Part shown: piece by piece, positions 28,424-40,068 of the stretch
Position numbering within the stretch: the first letter of the stretch is position 1
Layout: every line of letters begins with the position of its first letter
NCBI RefSeq assembly: GCF_964355755.1
Contig: NC_092672.1
Span: 11,842,001-11,906,000 of the forward strand
Origin: Antedon mediterranea
Lineage: Eukaryota; Animalia; Echinodermata
DNA length: 64,000 bases
Direction: 5' to 3'
Made by a program: the position numbers and the translations under genes
Notes under the pieces: model-generated
What the model was told of the DNA's origin: nothing
The model's input: only the letters and a program-made list of their open reading frames with translations
Databases searched by the model: none

Positions 28424-29199
28424 ACTGAAATTGTTTGAAAATTCCTTGAAGAAATAAAAGGACATATGAATACTGTACTCACTGCATATGTATTTAAGCT
28501 GACGCTTTCGAAACGTGACAAACACGGTTTAAGACAATCGTTGTAGCATAAAAACAGCAAAAAAGTCTAGGCATTTTTTAGATTTTAACTTTAAATTTTA
28601 CATATTAAAAGCAAACAAAAAATGATATTGTGTATATCATTCCATGCACATACGGTAGCGGGACAATTCGACCCGGATACTATTCGGCATGGTCAATTTA
28701 TTTGTTATAAACATATAGGTATATAAAATAAATTTGTTTAATTGTTTGGTTTCTTTTTTCATTAGCCTTTATTAGTATAATAAATAACTTTTTGATTATT
28801 TACATTATATCAACATTGAAAACATCAATAAAATGATATTGGTAGTTCAAACCCCTTTAAGCACATAAATACCACCAAAATGTAAACTAACCAGTCAGTA
28901 TAAACGTGGGATCGACGTTTCAGCTTTTTGTTCGTGCATAAGCTGGGGACCCCTTTTGTGAAAGATACTACTTTCTAAATATAACTAAACACAACTCTCT
29001 AAACAATCTCTCTCTCTCTCATTATAAAGTAAAAAGAAGTTGATCTTGAAATTCGAACCCCATATTATTATTGACATGTAAAGTACATAGTCTAATCCAC
29101 TCGACTAACGGACGGCTTGACAGAATGCGTTTGCATTAGCGAATTGTAGTTAGCTCAATTTCTTACGTCACACCTTATAGATATGACTAATTCATATTC

Positions 29200-29432
29200 A
29201 TGTTTTTTGTAACGTTTCATGAGGGGTCCTCAACATATGTACGAAAAGAAATATAGCCCCAGGAAACAGGGGATGTTTTATCGAACCCAGTACACCGGGG
29301 TAAACCCCTACGAGTCCCGAATGATGACCTGGTTTCTTTAACGTGCCTCCGACAAGAAGACAATGCCCATTATTATTTATTAGGTACGATAAACGGCGTA
29401 TCTGCCTTAACCACTCAGCCATTTGACTCGCT
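29200..29432 (-). mobile_element. Probable tRNA-derived SINE fragment
   Basis: The minus strand starts with A-box-like TGGCTGAGTGGTTAAGGC, followed by a gtcggaggcacgttaaag core and a GC-rich body. No clear B-box at tRNA spacing. Confidence 0.45.
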
Positions 29433-30329
29433 AAATATGATAGATAGCATACATATTATAAACTTGATATTAAAAAAAAAAACATTTTACCTAACATTAA
29501 CATTGGCTAATTGTTTGTTTATATTATTATTTTACTAAAATTATTGTTCCATATGTCGTTATTATTATTATTTAATTGTGTCTTCCTATGTTTGTCCTTA
29601 TGCACGCGAATAAAGGCTTATTTTCATCATATTATTTATATGCATGTGAGAGGTGCATTTACATTAAAATTAAAAATATTATATTTCTAATTATTTTATT
29701 ATATAATATATTAAACAAATATTAATATTATTATTTTAACAGTTGTCCGAAATTATAACGCATCTTGTTATAAAATAAAATATGTTTAAAATATAAATTA
29801 TGCAATAATTAAAATACAGTAATGCTTTTAATAGTAACACATTACTATTATTAGTAACCCATCCGAAAGCTAATCTATAACAAAAAATCCAAATCTTTCA
29901 TAGTAACCCATCACCACTACCATCACAAGAAAATATTGTAAAAAATGACACAACTTATTAGGTCTATAAGTCAGTCAGTTCTTACAATTGTAAATTTAAA
30001 CTCATTATTATTTTGTTTGTTTACATTATATCTTTATTCATTTTACAACGAAAAATAGTTGATATTGTTGTAACAGATTTAAAAAGTACGTGCTACTGCA
30101 TTGAAAAGTAGCCACATATGGTTGTGAATTGATTAAACGACATTGTGTAGGCTACAGAGAGCACAATATGAAAATTCTCTACTAATCATGCCAGTTTATT
30201 GTTGTAATCAGACTCAATATTCTTCTCGAAATAGTCTTTTGTTCAGTTATTTCCGTTTCGTTGAATAATTCCTGATACAGTCGTAGCAGTCGCTAGAGGA
30301 TCATGGGATTGAAATCGATGATCACACAC

Positions 30330-31411
30330 CCTAACGTCAACTATGCCAATCAATTCACAGCGTAATGAATATTCAATTATTGAATGACGTGTTCTCATTG
30401 GTGGCGCACTCTGGCCAACTCAAAATTAAATTTAACATCTGCACTCAAAAAAGCCAAAAAATGCATTTAATGCCTATGTACTACCAGTAGTAAATCTATT
30501 ACTTTTGGTTTCGCGGTACTGTATAAAAATATATAACACATTGAAAGTATAACCGTATATTGCCATATTATTCGTTGTTCAAATAACACTCGCAGTAAAC
30601 TTTCGGCACATTTTTACAATGTTAACACGTTTTAAAAATTATAATAAAAGTCGTATACTAAACTCTTTAATTGATAGTAAAACAGTCAAGATACTGCATA
30701 ATAATTACAATGTTGAAATTAGAATAGATACAATAACCATCATAAACATTGTAAAGGTTGTTTTTTTTACGTTTGTTTTTTTAATATTTTTACATATTAA
30801 GTTAAAAAACAAACAAATTGATCCGATTATTGAGTATGCCACCAGTATGCATTCCGTACAGGTACAGAGTACTATATTATTATTATACAACTTAAACCTT
30901 TTCTTTTTAATTAATTAATAGTATTGTTAGGCGCTCTGTTCTTTGTAAGGCACCATATAAAAATCTGTATAGAATAGAACAGAATGAACTGACGAACATA
31001 GACCAATTAGAAGTAGAAGCCGTTTTTAAAAAAAGGTAATAAACTGGACTATTGCAATTGATTTAGCGTTTTATTTCGACGTAATTTCTTTCATTTCTTA
31101 ACTTCATCGGATGACAACTTTTATTTAAACATAATTCTTGGTATTTATCGCATTTTGGACAATCGGCTGCACAATTTAAGCACACCTTATCTTATCTAGC
31201 TTCAGTCGTTTATTGCTTAATAATCGATAGGATAATAATATAATATTCTGTACCTGTACGAAATGCATTCTTGTGGCATACTCAATAATCGGATCAATTT
31301 GTTTGTTTTTGCTATTGGTAGGCCTATGTTATGTCTAGAGTTTTGGACTTGTATACTAACAAATGTAACGTTAAGAACCTGATACGTGATGCGCTTTGTC
31401 TGTTCTTGCAG
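30330..31411 (+). promoter_or_regulatory. Candidate promoter/5' UTR intron region for the array
   Basis: CCAAT 30346, TGACGT 30385, ATTGG 30397, TATAAAA 30522; acceptor-like tttgtctgttcttgcag ending at 31411. Short motifs only. Confidence 0.25.
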
Positions 31412-31679
31412 TTAAATGTATCTGAATGTTACGGGAAATTAGTACTGTAACGCATATTTAATCAAATTTTGAAAAACAGAAACGAAAATTTAAATGTTCA
31501 TGGCATACGCTCATTAATATTAATCAGGTAACAATTGCGTATACATTTGTTGCAAAAAAAGGCAACTCCATGGAGTTGTGTTCTAGTATTGTAGGCCGAA
31601 GAAACTGACGGAGTGCGACGCTAATAAGTAGAGGAAAAATAATCAAACAGCCAGATGTATATGCCATAATTGTGAAATA

Positions 31680-33113
31680 ATGTTTTGCGATATTTGTACA
31701 TTAGTGTGCATCTGTACGTTCATAGATGTGACGCTTTCAGCAAGTTCAATATCAAAGAACCCGGATCATGATACAGTAACGGAAGGCGGAAAAGCTTACT
31801 TCGTTTGCGTAGTTGATAATTTATCTCAAGACGATTACGTCTCATGGATGCACAGTGACATTGAAGTCAGTAAACAAGATAGGATTGTTGAAAGTAAGCT
31901 TCAAAATAGATATTCTATACAAGTTGATAAAGACTATGGCAGTTTTAACCTTAAAATAACAGATGTGCAAAGAGAAGATGCTGGCCAGTATACTTGCACA
32001 ATTTACAATATGGAAAATAAAAAAGTTGTTGCGCAATCTCAACCAGCTAATTTAACTGTTAACCAAATTCCACAAAAATTGTATCCAATTTGCTCTCCTG
32101 TAGAACAATTCTACGTACCAGGAGGCATGGTAACACTAGCTTGTTCTTCGGAAATAACACAACCACCATCTGTTTTAAATTGGATCCAAAATGGTATCAG
32201 AATATCACCTAATCTGTACAAAAATGTGTTTGATCAAAAAATAATGAAAATAGCCTATTCGTTCAAAGCTGAGCGAATTTCAAATCGTGGAATGTTTACA
32301 TGTGAACTTACTTCCACAATTGATCCTACCTTTAGGAATAACTGCAGTATCGGGCCATTAAATATTCGCTACGTTCCTCAAGTCCGTATCGAGCACACAG
32401 GTGTTCTTAAAATTGGCCGCGAAGCAATATATATTTGCTACAGTGAAGCCAATCCTGATAAAGTGACATATATATGGAAAACTGAACCTCAATTAAGAAG
32501 AGACCAATATGAAATAGAAAATGACATAATATTTAGAATTTTATTGTTAACGGTAGATCTTAATGGTACACAGTTATTTTGTGAAGTGAATAATGAAGTA
32601 GGAATTGGAAGTAAAAGTTACAATATCATCTTTTCAAATGAACAATCAACTAAGGTTGGTAATTTAGAAAGTGACATTAACAAGGACATTCATAATAAAA
32701 ACGATGATAAAGTTGGAGAAAATGAAAAAATGCATAAGACGCAGAATGTTGAAGAGATAGAAATGGAAAATAGTTTTGATCTATCACTTATTGTTGTAAT
32801 AGCTGTTGTATGTATATTTGTTATTATTGGCCTAGCTATGATACCTGTTGGTTACATGAGATATACACAAAGACAACCCAGTGACACCATCGGTAGAGGA
32901 AGACCTGTGTCAATACCTGATGTATACTTTGAACCTAGAGATCACATAGATCCTATGCTACCACAGTTAGGCTTATCAGCTCCATGGATGAGGACAGTAG
33001 GAGTTCAAGTTCCTGGTGAATGTGAATATGATGTAACGTATAATACACAAGTTATGCCACAGTTACGACAGGTTTACTACTCACAAAGGGTGTACCCACC
33101 ATCCTCTCTGTAA
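31680..33113 (+). CDS. Array copy 1: 3-Ig type I membrane receptor (unique, most divergent ectodomain)
   Basis: 477 aa. Signal peptide, V-domain FVC..VSW..DAGQYTC, two further Ig domains, TM LIVVIAVVCIFVIIGLAMIPVGY, constant tail ending PPSSL. Confidence 0.93.
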   Translation: MFCDICTLVCICTFIDVTLSASSISKNPDHDTVTEGGKAYFVCVVDNLSQDDYVSWMHSDIEVSKQDRIVESKLQNRYSIQVDKDYGSFNLKITDVQREDAGQYTCTIYNMENKKVVAQSQPANLTVNQIPQKLYPICSPVEQFYVPGGMVTLACSSEITQPPSVLNWIQNGIRISPNLYKNVFDQKIMKIAYSFKAERISNRGMFTCELTSTIDPTFRNNCSIGPLNIRYVPQVRIEHTGVLKIGREAIYICYSEANPDKVTYIWKTEPQLRRDQYEIENDIIFRILLLTVDLNGTQLFCEVNNEVGIGSKSYNIIFSNEQSTKVGNLESDINKDIHNKNDDKVGENEKMHKTQNVEEIEMENSFDLSLIVVIAVVCIFVIIGLAMIPVGYMRYTQRQPSDTIGRGRPVSIPDVYFEPRDHIDPMLPQLGLSAPWMRTVGVQVPGECEYDVTYNTQVMPQLRQVYYSQRVYPPSSL

Positions 33114-33305
33114 TGCTTTTTTCATTTTTTTTAAACCAGTAACATAATTTAATATTTGAAATGGCACATACGAATAATACTTTAAATACACCAATCATAC
33201 TAAATCTACAGAAAATGTAGTATAATGAATTTGATTCGGATTCATTCTGGAAAATATATATTATTGTGAATCAAGATTTTACACAAGAGAAAAGCTGTAT
33301 TTGAG

Positions 33306-34796
33306 ATGATATTACATCCAACATTTTTGTTTATTGCATTTTTACTGCTCAACAAAACGTTTTCCTTTCCTGAATTTATAAAACAGCCAGAGGATGAAAG
33401 CCGAGCCGAAGGAGAACTTACGTATTTTAATTGTATGGTGAAAAATCTTGATGAAGGTGAATATGTTTCATGGCTTCATAATGGTCGGAAAATAAGTAGA
33501 AAAGATATAATTTCTGATACAAGTATATTTGATCGTTATTCAATAGAGTTTGATGACGTATTTAGCACTTATAATTTGCGAATTAAGAATATACAGAGGC
33601 GAGATGTAGGAATATACGCATGCGCAGTTTATGATGATTCTGACAATGTGGTTGCAGAGACTAAATCTTCTAACTTCACAGTACTTCAAATTCCTGAGAA
33701 ATATTACCCATTGTGCTCTAATATAAAAACAAGTTATAAACTTAACCAAAACATTGTTGTTGTATGTTCATCAGAAAAGACCTATCCTCTGCCTAGTTTA
33801 ATTTGGAAGCGAGACGGTATCAATATTGTATCACAATTGGAGGAGAAAACATCACGAGATATATACAAAGTTTCCTATTCAGTTAATGCAAAACAATCCG
33901 ACAACAGAGCTATATTTATATGTGAATTAACAACATCAGCAAACCCATCTATAAGAAGGAATTGTTCTGTTGGACCTATCAACGTTTTATATCCTCCGGT
34001 TGTTAGTATTAAACAGACAAGTGATATCGTTCTTGGCGACGAAGCCATCTTTATTTGTTATAGCGATGCAAATCCACAAGAGAATATTTTTCAATGGAGT
34101 TTTGACCCACCTATCAACAAAAACATGTATTTCTTAGAAAATGAATTCATTCTAAGAATTACAAATGTAGTAATCAGTTTAAATGATACAATTGTTACCT
34201 GCGAAGTAGAAAATTCTGTTGGAAGGAGCTATAGCAAATTAAACATCAATATAAAAAGAAAAACCTCATTTGATAGTAGCGTTAATGATAACGAGGGAAA
34301 TGGAAAAGGCGGATCAAAGAAAAATACAAATGGGTTTAAAACAGAAGGTACAGAGGACGACGGTGCGACGATAGGAAACAAAGAAAAATCAAAGAATCAA
34401 AATAGTAATCAAAATACAATACAGACAAGATCCCAAGACAAGAAAAACAGCACCGATGTATCAATATCATTAGTTATAACCATTGCAGTTGTATGTATTA
34501 TAGTAATTCTAGGATTGGCATTGATACCTGTTGGTTACATGAGATATACACGAAGACAACCTAGTGACACCATCAGTAGAGGAAGACCTGTGTCAATACC
34601 TGATGTATACTTTGAACCTAGAGATCACATAGATCCTATGCTACCACAGTTAGGCTTAGCAGCTCCTTGGATGAGGACAGTAGGAGTTCAAGTTCCTGGT
34701 GAATGTGAATATGATGTAACGTATAATACACAAGTTATGCCACAGTTACGACAGGTTTACTACTCACAAAGAATGTACCCGCCATCATCTTTGTAA
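33306..34796 (+). CDS. Array copy 2 (subfamily B, MILHPTF type)
   Basis: 496 aa intact ORF with the same domain layout and constant tail. Confidence 0.93.
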   Translation: MILHPTFLFIAFLLLNKTFSFPEFIKQPEDESRAEGELTYFNCMVKNLDEGEYVSWLHNGRKISRKDIISDTSIFDRYSIEFDDVFSTYNLRIKNIQRRDVGIYACAVYDDSDNVVAETKSSNFTVLQIPEKYYPLCSNIKTSYKLNQNIVVVCSSEKTYPLPSLIWKRDGINIVSQLEEKTSRDIYKVSYSVNAKQSDNRAIFICELTTSANPSIRRNCSVGPINVLYPPVVSIKQTSDIVLGDEAIFICYSDANPQENIFQWSFDPPINKNMYFLENEFILRITNVVISLNDTIVTCEVENSVGRSYSKLNINIKRKTSFDSSVNDNEGNGKGGSKKNTNGFKTEGTEDDGATIGNKEKSKNQNSNQNTIQTRSQDKKNSTDVSISLVITIAVVCIIVILGLALIPVGYMRYTRRQPSDTISRGRPVSIPDVYFEPRDHIDPMLPQLGLAAPWMRTVGVQVPGECEYDVTYNTQVMPQLRQVYYSQRMYPPSSL

Positions 34797-34985
34797 TGAT
34801 TTTTCCAATTTTCTAAAACCAGTAACACAATTTAATATTTGAAATGGCACATATGAATAATAGTTTAAATACACCAATCAAACTAAATCTACAGAAACGG
34901 TAACACAATGAAATTGTTTTGGATTCATTTTGGAAAATATACGTTGTGAATCAAGATAATACACACGAGAAAAGCTGTATTTGAG

Positions 34986-36476
34986 ATGATATTATATCCA
35001 ACGTTTTGGTTTATTGCATTGTTACTGCTCAACAAAACGTTTTCGTTTCCTGAATTTATAAAACAGCCAGAGGATGAAAGCCGAGCCGAAGGAAAATTTA
35101 CGTTTTTTATTTGTATGGTGACAAATCTTGGGGAAGGTGAATATGTTTCATGGCTGCATAGTGGTCGGAAAATAAGTAGAAATGATATAATTACTGATAC
35201 TAGGGTATTTGATCGTTATTCAGTAGATTTTGATCCAGTATTTAGTACTTACAATTTGCGAATTAAGAATATACAGAGGCAAGATGTAGGAATATACACA
35301 TGCGCAGTTTATGATGATTCTGGCGACATAGTGGCACAGAGTAAAGCTTCTAACTTTACAGTTCTTCAAATTCCTGAGAAATTTTACCCATTATGCTCTA
35401 ATATAAAAACAAGTTATACACTTAACAAAAAAATTGTTGTTGTATGTTCATCAGAAAAGACCTATCCTCTGCCTAGTTTAATTTGGAAGCGTGACGATAT
35501 CAATATTGTATCACCATTGGAGAAAGAATCATCACGAGATACATACAAAGTGTCCTATTCAGTTATTGCAAAACAATCCGACAACAGAGCTATATTTATA
35601 TGTGAATTAACAACATCAGCAAACCCATCTATAGGAAGGAATTGTTCTGTTGGACCTATCAACGTTTTATATCCTCCTGTTGTTCGTATTAAACAGACAA
35701 GTGATATCGTTCTTGGCGACGAAGCCATCTTTATTTGTTATAGCGATGCAAATCCACAAGAGAATATTTTTAGATGGAGATTTGACCCACCTATCAACAA
35801 AAACATGTATTTCTTAGAAAATGAATTCATTCTGAGAATTAGAAATGTAGTACTCAGTTTAAATGATACAATTGTTATCTGCGAAGTAAAAAATTCTGTT
35901 GGAAGTAGCTATAGCAAATTAAACATCAATATAAAAAGAAAAACCTTATTTGATAGTAGCGTTAATGAAAACGAGGGAAATGGAAAAGGTGGATCAAAGA
36001 AAAATACAAATGGGTTTAAAACAGAAGGTACAGAGGACGACGGTGCGACGATAGGAAACAAAGAAAAATCAAAGAATCAAAATAGTAATCAAGATACAAT
36101 ACACACAAGATCCCAAGACAAGGAAAACAGCACCGATGTATCAATATCATTAGTTATAACCATTGCAGTGGTATGTATTATAGTAATTCTAGGTTTGGCA
36201 CTGATACCTGTTGGTTACATGAGATATACACGAAGACAACCTAGTGACACCATCAATAGAGGAAGACCTGTGTCAATACCTGATGTATACTTTGAACCTA
36301 GAGATCACATAGATCCTATGCTACCACAGTTAGGCTTAGCAGCTCCATGGATGAGGACAGTAGGAGTTCAAGTTCCTGGTGAATGTGAATATGATGTAAC
36401 GTATAATACACAAGTTATGCCACAGTTACGACAAGTTTACTACTCACAAAGAATGTACCCACCATCATCTCTATAA
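34986..36476 (+). CDS. Array copy 3 (subfamily B, MILYPTF type)
   Basis: 496 aa intact ORF, collinear with copies 2, 4, 5. Confidence 0.93.
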   Translation: MILYPTFWFIALLLLNKTFSFPEFIKQPEDESRAEGKFTFFICMVTNLGEGEYVSWLHSGRKISRNDIITDTRVFDRYSVDFDPVFSTYNLRIKNIQRQDVGIYTCAVYDDSGDIVAQSKASNFTVLQIPEKFYPLCSNIKTSYTLNKKIVVVCSSEKTYPLPSLIWKRDDINIVSPLEKESSRDTYKVSYSVIAKQSDNRAIFICELTTSANPSIGRNCSVGPINVLYPPVVRIKQTSDIVLGDEAIFICYSDANPQENIFRWRFDPPINKNMYFLENEFILRIRNVVLSLNDTIVICEVKNSVGSSYSKLNINIKRKTLFDSSVNENEGNGKGGSKKNTNGFKTEGTEDDGATIGNKEKSKNQNSNQDTIHTRSQDKENSTDVSISLVITIAVVCIIVILGLALIPVGYMRYTRRQPSDTINRGRPVSIPDVYFEPRDHIDPMLPQLGLAAPWMRTVGVQVPGECEYDVTYNTQVMPQLRQVYYSQRMYPPSSL

Positions 36477-36666
36477 TGATTTTTCTAAATTTTCTAAAAC
36501 CAGTAACACAATTTAATATTTGAAATGGCACATATGAATAATAGTTTAAATACACCAATCATACTAAATCTGCAGAAACTGTAACACAATGAAATTGTTT
36601 CGGATTCATTCTGGAAAATATACATTGTGAATCAAGATATTACACAAAAGAAAAGCTGTATTTGAG

Positions 36667-38157
36667 ATGATATTACATCCAACATTTTTGTTTATTGCAT
36701 TGTTACTGCTCAACAAAACGTTTTCGTTTCCTGAATTTATAAAACAGCCAGAGGATGAAAGCCGAGCCGAAGGAGAACTTACGTTTTTTAATTGTATGGT
36801 GAAAAATCTTGGTGATGGTGAATATGTTTCATGGATGCAAAATGGTCGTAAAATAAGTAGTAATGATTTAATTGTTGATGTAAGTGTATTTGAGCGATAT
36901 TCAATAGAATTTAATGACGTGTTTAGTATTTACAATTTGCGAATTCAGAATATACAGAGGCGAGATGTAGGAATATACACATGCGCAGTTTATGATGATT
37001 CTGGCGACATAGTGGCACAGAGTAAAGCTTCTAATTTCACAGTACTTGAAATTCCTGAGAAATATTACCCATTATGCTCTAATATAAAAACAAGTTATAA
37101 ACTTAACCAAAACATTGTTGTTGTATGTTCATCAGAAAAAACCTATCCTCTGCCTAGTTTAATTTGGAAGCGAGACGATATCAATATTGTATCACAATTG
37201 GAGGAGGAAACATCACGAGATATATACAAAGTTTCCTATTCAGTTATTGCAAAACAATCCGACAACAGAGCTATATTTATATGTGAATTAACAACATCAG
37301 CAAACCCATCTATAAGAAGGAATTGTTCTGTTGGACCTATCAACGTTTTATATCCTCCTGTTGTTAGTATAAAACAGACAAGTGATATCGTTCTTGGCGA
37401 CGAAGCCATCTTTATTTGTTATAGCGATGCAAATCCACAAGCGAATATTTTTAAATGGAGTTTTGACCCACCTATCAACAAAAACATGTATTTCTTAGAA
37501 AATGAATTCATTCTAAGAATTACAAATGTAGTAATCAGTTTAAATGATACAATTGTTACCTGCGAAGTAGAAAATTCTGTTGGAAGGAGCTATAGTAAAT
37601 TAAACATCAATATAAAAAGAAAAACCTCATTTGATAGTAGCGTTAATGATAACGAGGGAAATGGAAAAGGCGGATCAAAGAAAAATACAAATGGGTTTAA
37701 AACAGAAGGTAAAGAGGACGACGGTGCGACGATAGGAAACAAAGAAAAATCAAAGAATCAAAATAGTAATCAAAATACAATACAGACAAGATCCCAAGAC
37801 AAGAAAAACAGCACCGATGTATCAATATCATTAGTTATAACCATTGCAGTTGTATGTATTATAGTAATTCTAGGGTTGGCATTGCTACCTGTTGGTTACA
37901 TGAGATATACACGTAGACAACCCAGCGACACTATCAGTAGAGGAAGACCTGTGTCAATACCTGATGTATACTTTGAACCTAGAGATCACATAGATCCTAT
38001 GCTACCACAGTTAGGCTTAGCAGTTCCATGGATGAGGACAGTAGGAGTTCAAGTTCCTGGTGAATGTGAATATGATGTAACATATAATACACACGTTATG
38101 CCACAGTTACGACAAGTTTACTACTCACAAAGAATGTACCCACCATCTTCTTTGTAA
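36667..38157 (+). CDS. Array copy 4 (subfamily B, MILHPTF type)
   Basis: 496 aa intact ORF, closest to copy 2. Confidence 0.93.
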   Translation: MILHPTFLFIALLLLNKTFSFPEFIKQPEDESRAEGELTFFNCMVKNLGDGEYVSWMQNGRKISSNDLIVDVSVFERYSIEFNDVFSIYNLRIQNIQRRDVGIYTCAVYDDSGDIVAQSKASNFTVLEIPEKYYPLCSNIKTSYKLNQNIVVVCSSEKTYPLPSLIWKRDDINIVSQLEEETSRDIYKVSYSVIAKQSDNRAIFICELTTSANPSIRRNCSVGPINVLYPPVVSIKQTSDIVLGDEAIFICYSDANPQANIFKWSFDPPINKNMYFLENEFILRITNVVISLNDTIVTCEVENSVGRSYSKLNINIKRKTSFDSSVNDNEGNGKGGSKKNTNGFKTEGKEDDGATIGNKEKSKNQNSNQNTIQTRSQDKKNSTDVSISLVITIAVVCIIVILGLALLPVGYMRYTRRQPSDTISRGRPVSIPDVYFEPRDHIDPMLPQLGLAVPWMRTVGVQVPGECEYDVTYNTHVMPQLRQVYYSQRMYPPSSL

Positions 38158-38347
38158 TGATTTTTCCAATTTTTCTAAAACCAGTAACACAATTTAATAT
38201 TTGAAATGGCACATATGAATAATAGTTTAAATACACCAATCAAACTGAATCTACAGAAACCGTAACACAATGAAATTGTTTTGGATTCATGTTGGAAAAT
38301 ATACGTTGTGAATCAAGATAATACACACAAGAAAAGCTGTTTTTGAG

Positions 38348-39838
38348 ATGATATTATATCCAACGTTTTGGTTTATTGCATTGTTACTGCTCAACAACAC
38401 GTTTTCATTTCCTGAATTTATAAAACAGCCAGAGGATGAAAGCCGAGCCGAAGGAAAATTTACGTATTTTAATTGTATGGTGACAAATCTTGGTGAAGAT
38501 GAATATGTTTCATGGCTGCATAGTGGTCGGAAAATAAGTACAAATCATTTAATTACTGATACAAGTTTAATAGATCGTTATTCAATATACTTTGATCCAG
38601 TATTTAGCACTTACAATTTGCAAATTAAAAATATACAGAGGCAAGATGTAGGAATATACGCATGCGCAGTTTATGATGATTCTGGCGACATAGTGGCAAA
38701 GAGTAAAGCTTCTAACTTTACAGTACTTGAAATTCCTGAGAAATATTACCCATTATGCTCAAATATAAAAACAAGTTATAAACTTAACCAAAATATTGTT
38801 GTTGTATGTTCATCAGAAAAGACCTATCCTCTGCCTAGTTTAATTTGGAAGCGTGACGATATCAATATTGTATCACCATTGGAAGAAGAAATATCAAAAA
38901 ATACATACAAAGTGTCTTATTCAGTTATTGCAAAAAAATCCGACAACGGAGCTATATTTATATGTGAATTAACAACATCAGCAAACCCATCTATAAGAAG
39001 GAATTGTTCTGTTGGACCTATCAACGTTTTATATCCTCCTGTTGTTCGTATTAAACAGACAAGTGATATTGTTCTTGGCGACGAAGCCATCTTTATTTGT
39101 TATAGCGATGCAAATCCACAAGAGAATATTTTTAAATGGAGTTTTGAACCACCTATCAACAAAAAGATGTATTTCTTAGAAAATAAATTCATTCTGAGAA
39201 TTAGAAATGTAGTACTCAGTTTAAATGATACAATTGTTACCTGCGAAGTAAATAATTCTGTTGGAAGTAGCTATAGTAAATTAAACATCAATATAATCAG
39301 AAAAACCTCATTTGATAGTAACGTTAATACCAACAAGGGAAATGGAAAAGGCGGATCAAACAAAGATACAAATGGGTTTAAAACAGAAGGTACAAAGGAC
39401 GATGGTGCGATGATAGGAAATAAAGAAAAATCAAAGAATCAAAATAGTAATCAAGATACAACACAGACACGATCCCAAGACAAGGAAAACAGCACCGATG
39501 TATCAATATCATTAGTTATAACCATTGCAGTGGTATGTATTATAGTAATTCTAGGGTTGGCATTGATACCTGTTGGTTACATGAGATACACACGAAGACA
39601 ATCTAGTGACACCATCAGTAGAGGAAGACCTGTGTCAATACCTGATGTATACTTTGAACCTAGAGATCATATAGATCCTATGCTACCACAGTTAGGCTTA
39701 GCAGCTCCATGGATGAGGACAGTAGGAGTTCAAGTTCCTGGTGAATGTGAATATGATGTAACATATAATACACAAGTGATGCCACAATCACGACATGTTT
39801 ACTATTCACAGCGTATGTATCCAACAGTGTCACTCTAA
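38348..39838 (+). CDS. Array copy 5 (subfamily B, MILYPTF type; C-terminus PTVSL)
   Basis: 496 aa intact ORF, closest to copy 3. Confidence 0.93.
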   Translation: MILYPTFWFIALLLLNNTFSFPEFIKQPEDESRAEGKFTYFNCMVTNLGEDEYVSWLHSGRKISTNHLITDTSLIDRYSIYFDPVFSTYNLQIKNIQRQDVGIYACAVYDDSGDIVAKSKASNFTVLEIPEKYYPLCSNIKTSYKLNQNIVVVCSSEKTYPLPSLIWKRDDINIVSPLEEEISKNTYKVSYSVIAKKSDNGAIFICELTTSANPSIRRNCSVGPINVLYPPVVRIKQTSDIVLGDEAIFICYSDANPQENIFKWSFEPPINKKMYFLENKFILRIRNVVLSLNDTIVTCEVNNSVGSSYSKLNINIIRKTSFDSNVNTNKGNGKGGSNKDTNGFKTEGTKDDGAMIGNKEKSKNQNSNQDTTQTRSQDKENSTDVSISLVITIAVVCIIVILGLALIPVGYMRYTRRQSSDTISRGRPVSIPDVYFEPRDHIDPMLPQLGLAAPWMRTVGVQVPGECEYDVTYNTQVMPQSRHVYYSQRMYPTVSL

Positions 39839-40068
39839 CTAGTCTAATCGTCAATGTAAAGTATTTATTTAAACTGGTAACATATAATTAAACCAGTTGT
39901 TCCATGTTACGGAAAAAAGGAAATTAGATCATAAGTAGAAAACTGAATCAATATGACAGATACAATGTAGACACTAAGATATCAGTCCATCCATGAGTTT
40001 TGACAAACTATTTCTTTGAATTAACAGTTGTTATGAACACCTTTATTTAAGCTTTATTATCCTTTAAA

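Noticed and set aside
5738-30918. Numerous 60-115 aa ORFs in the intergenic region
   Set aside because: Composition is I/L/F/N/K-rich as expected from random AT-rich DNA, several have non-ATG starts or overlap repeats, and no domains are recognisable except the LINE fragment.
34652-34697. Pol III A-box/B-box-like strings in the invariant tail (aggcttagcag ... gagttcaagttcc)
   Set aside because: Both mismatch the consensus, the spacing is too short for a tRNA fold, and the sequence encodes a conserved peptide.
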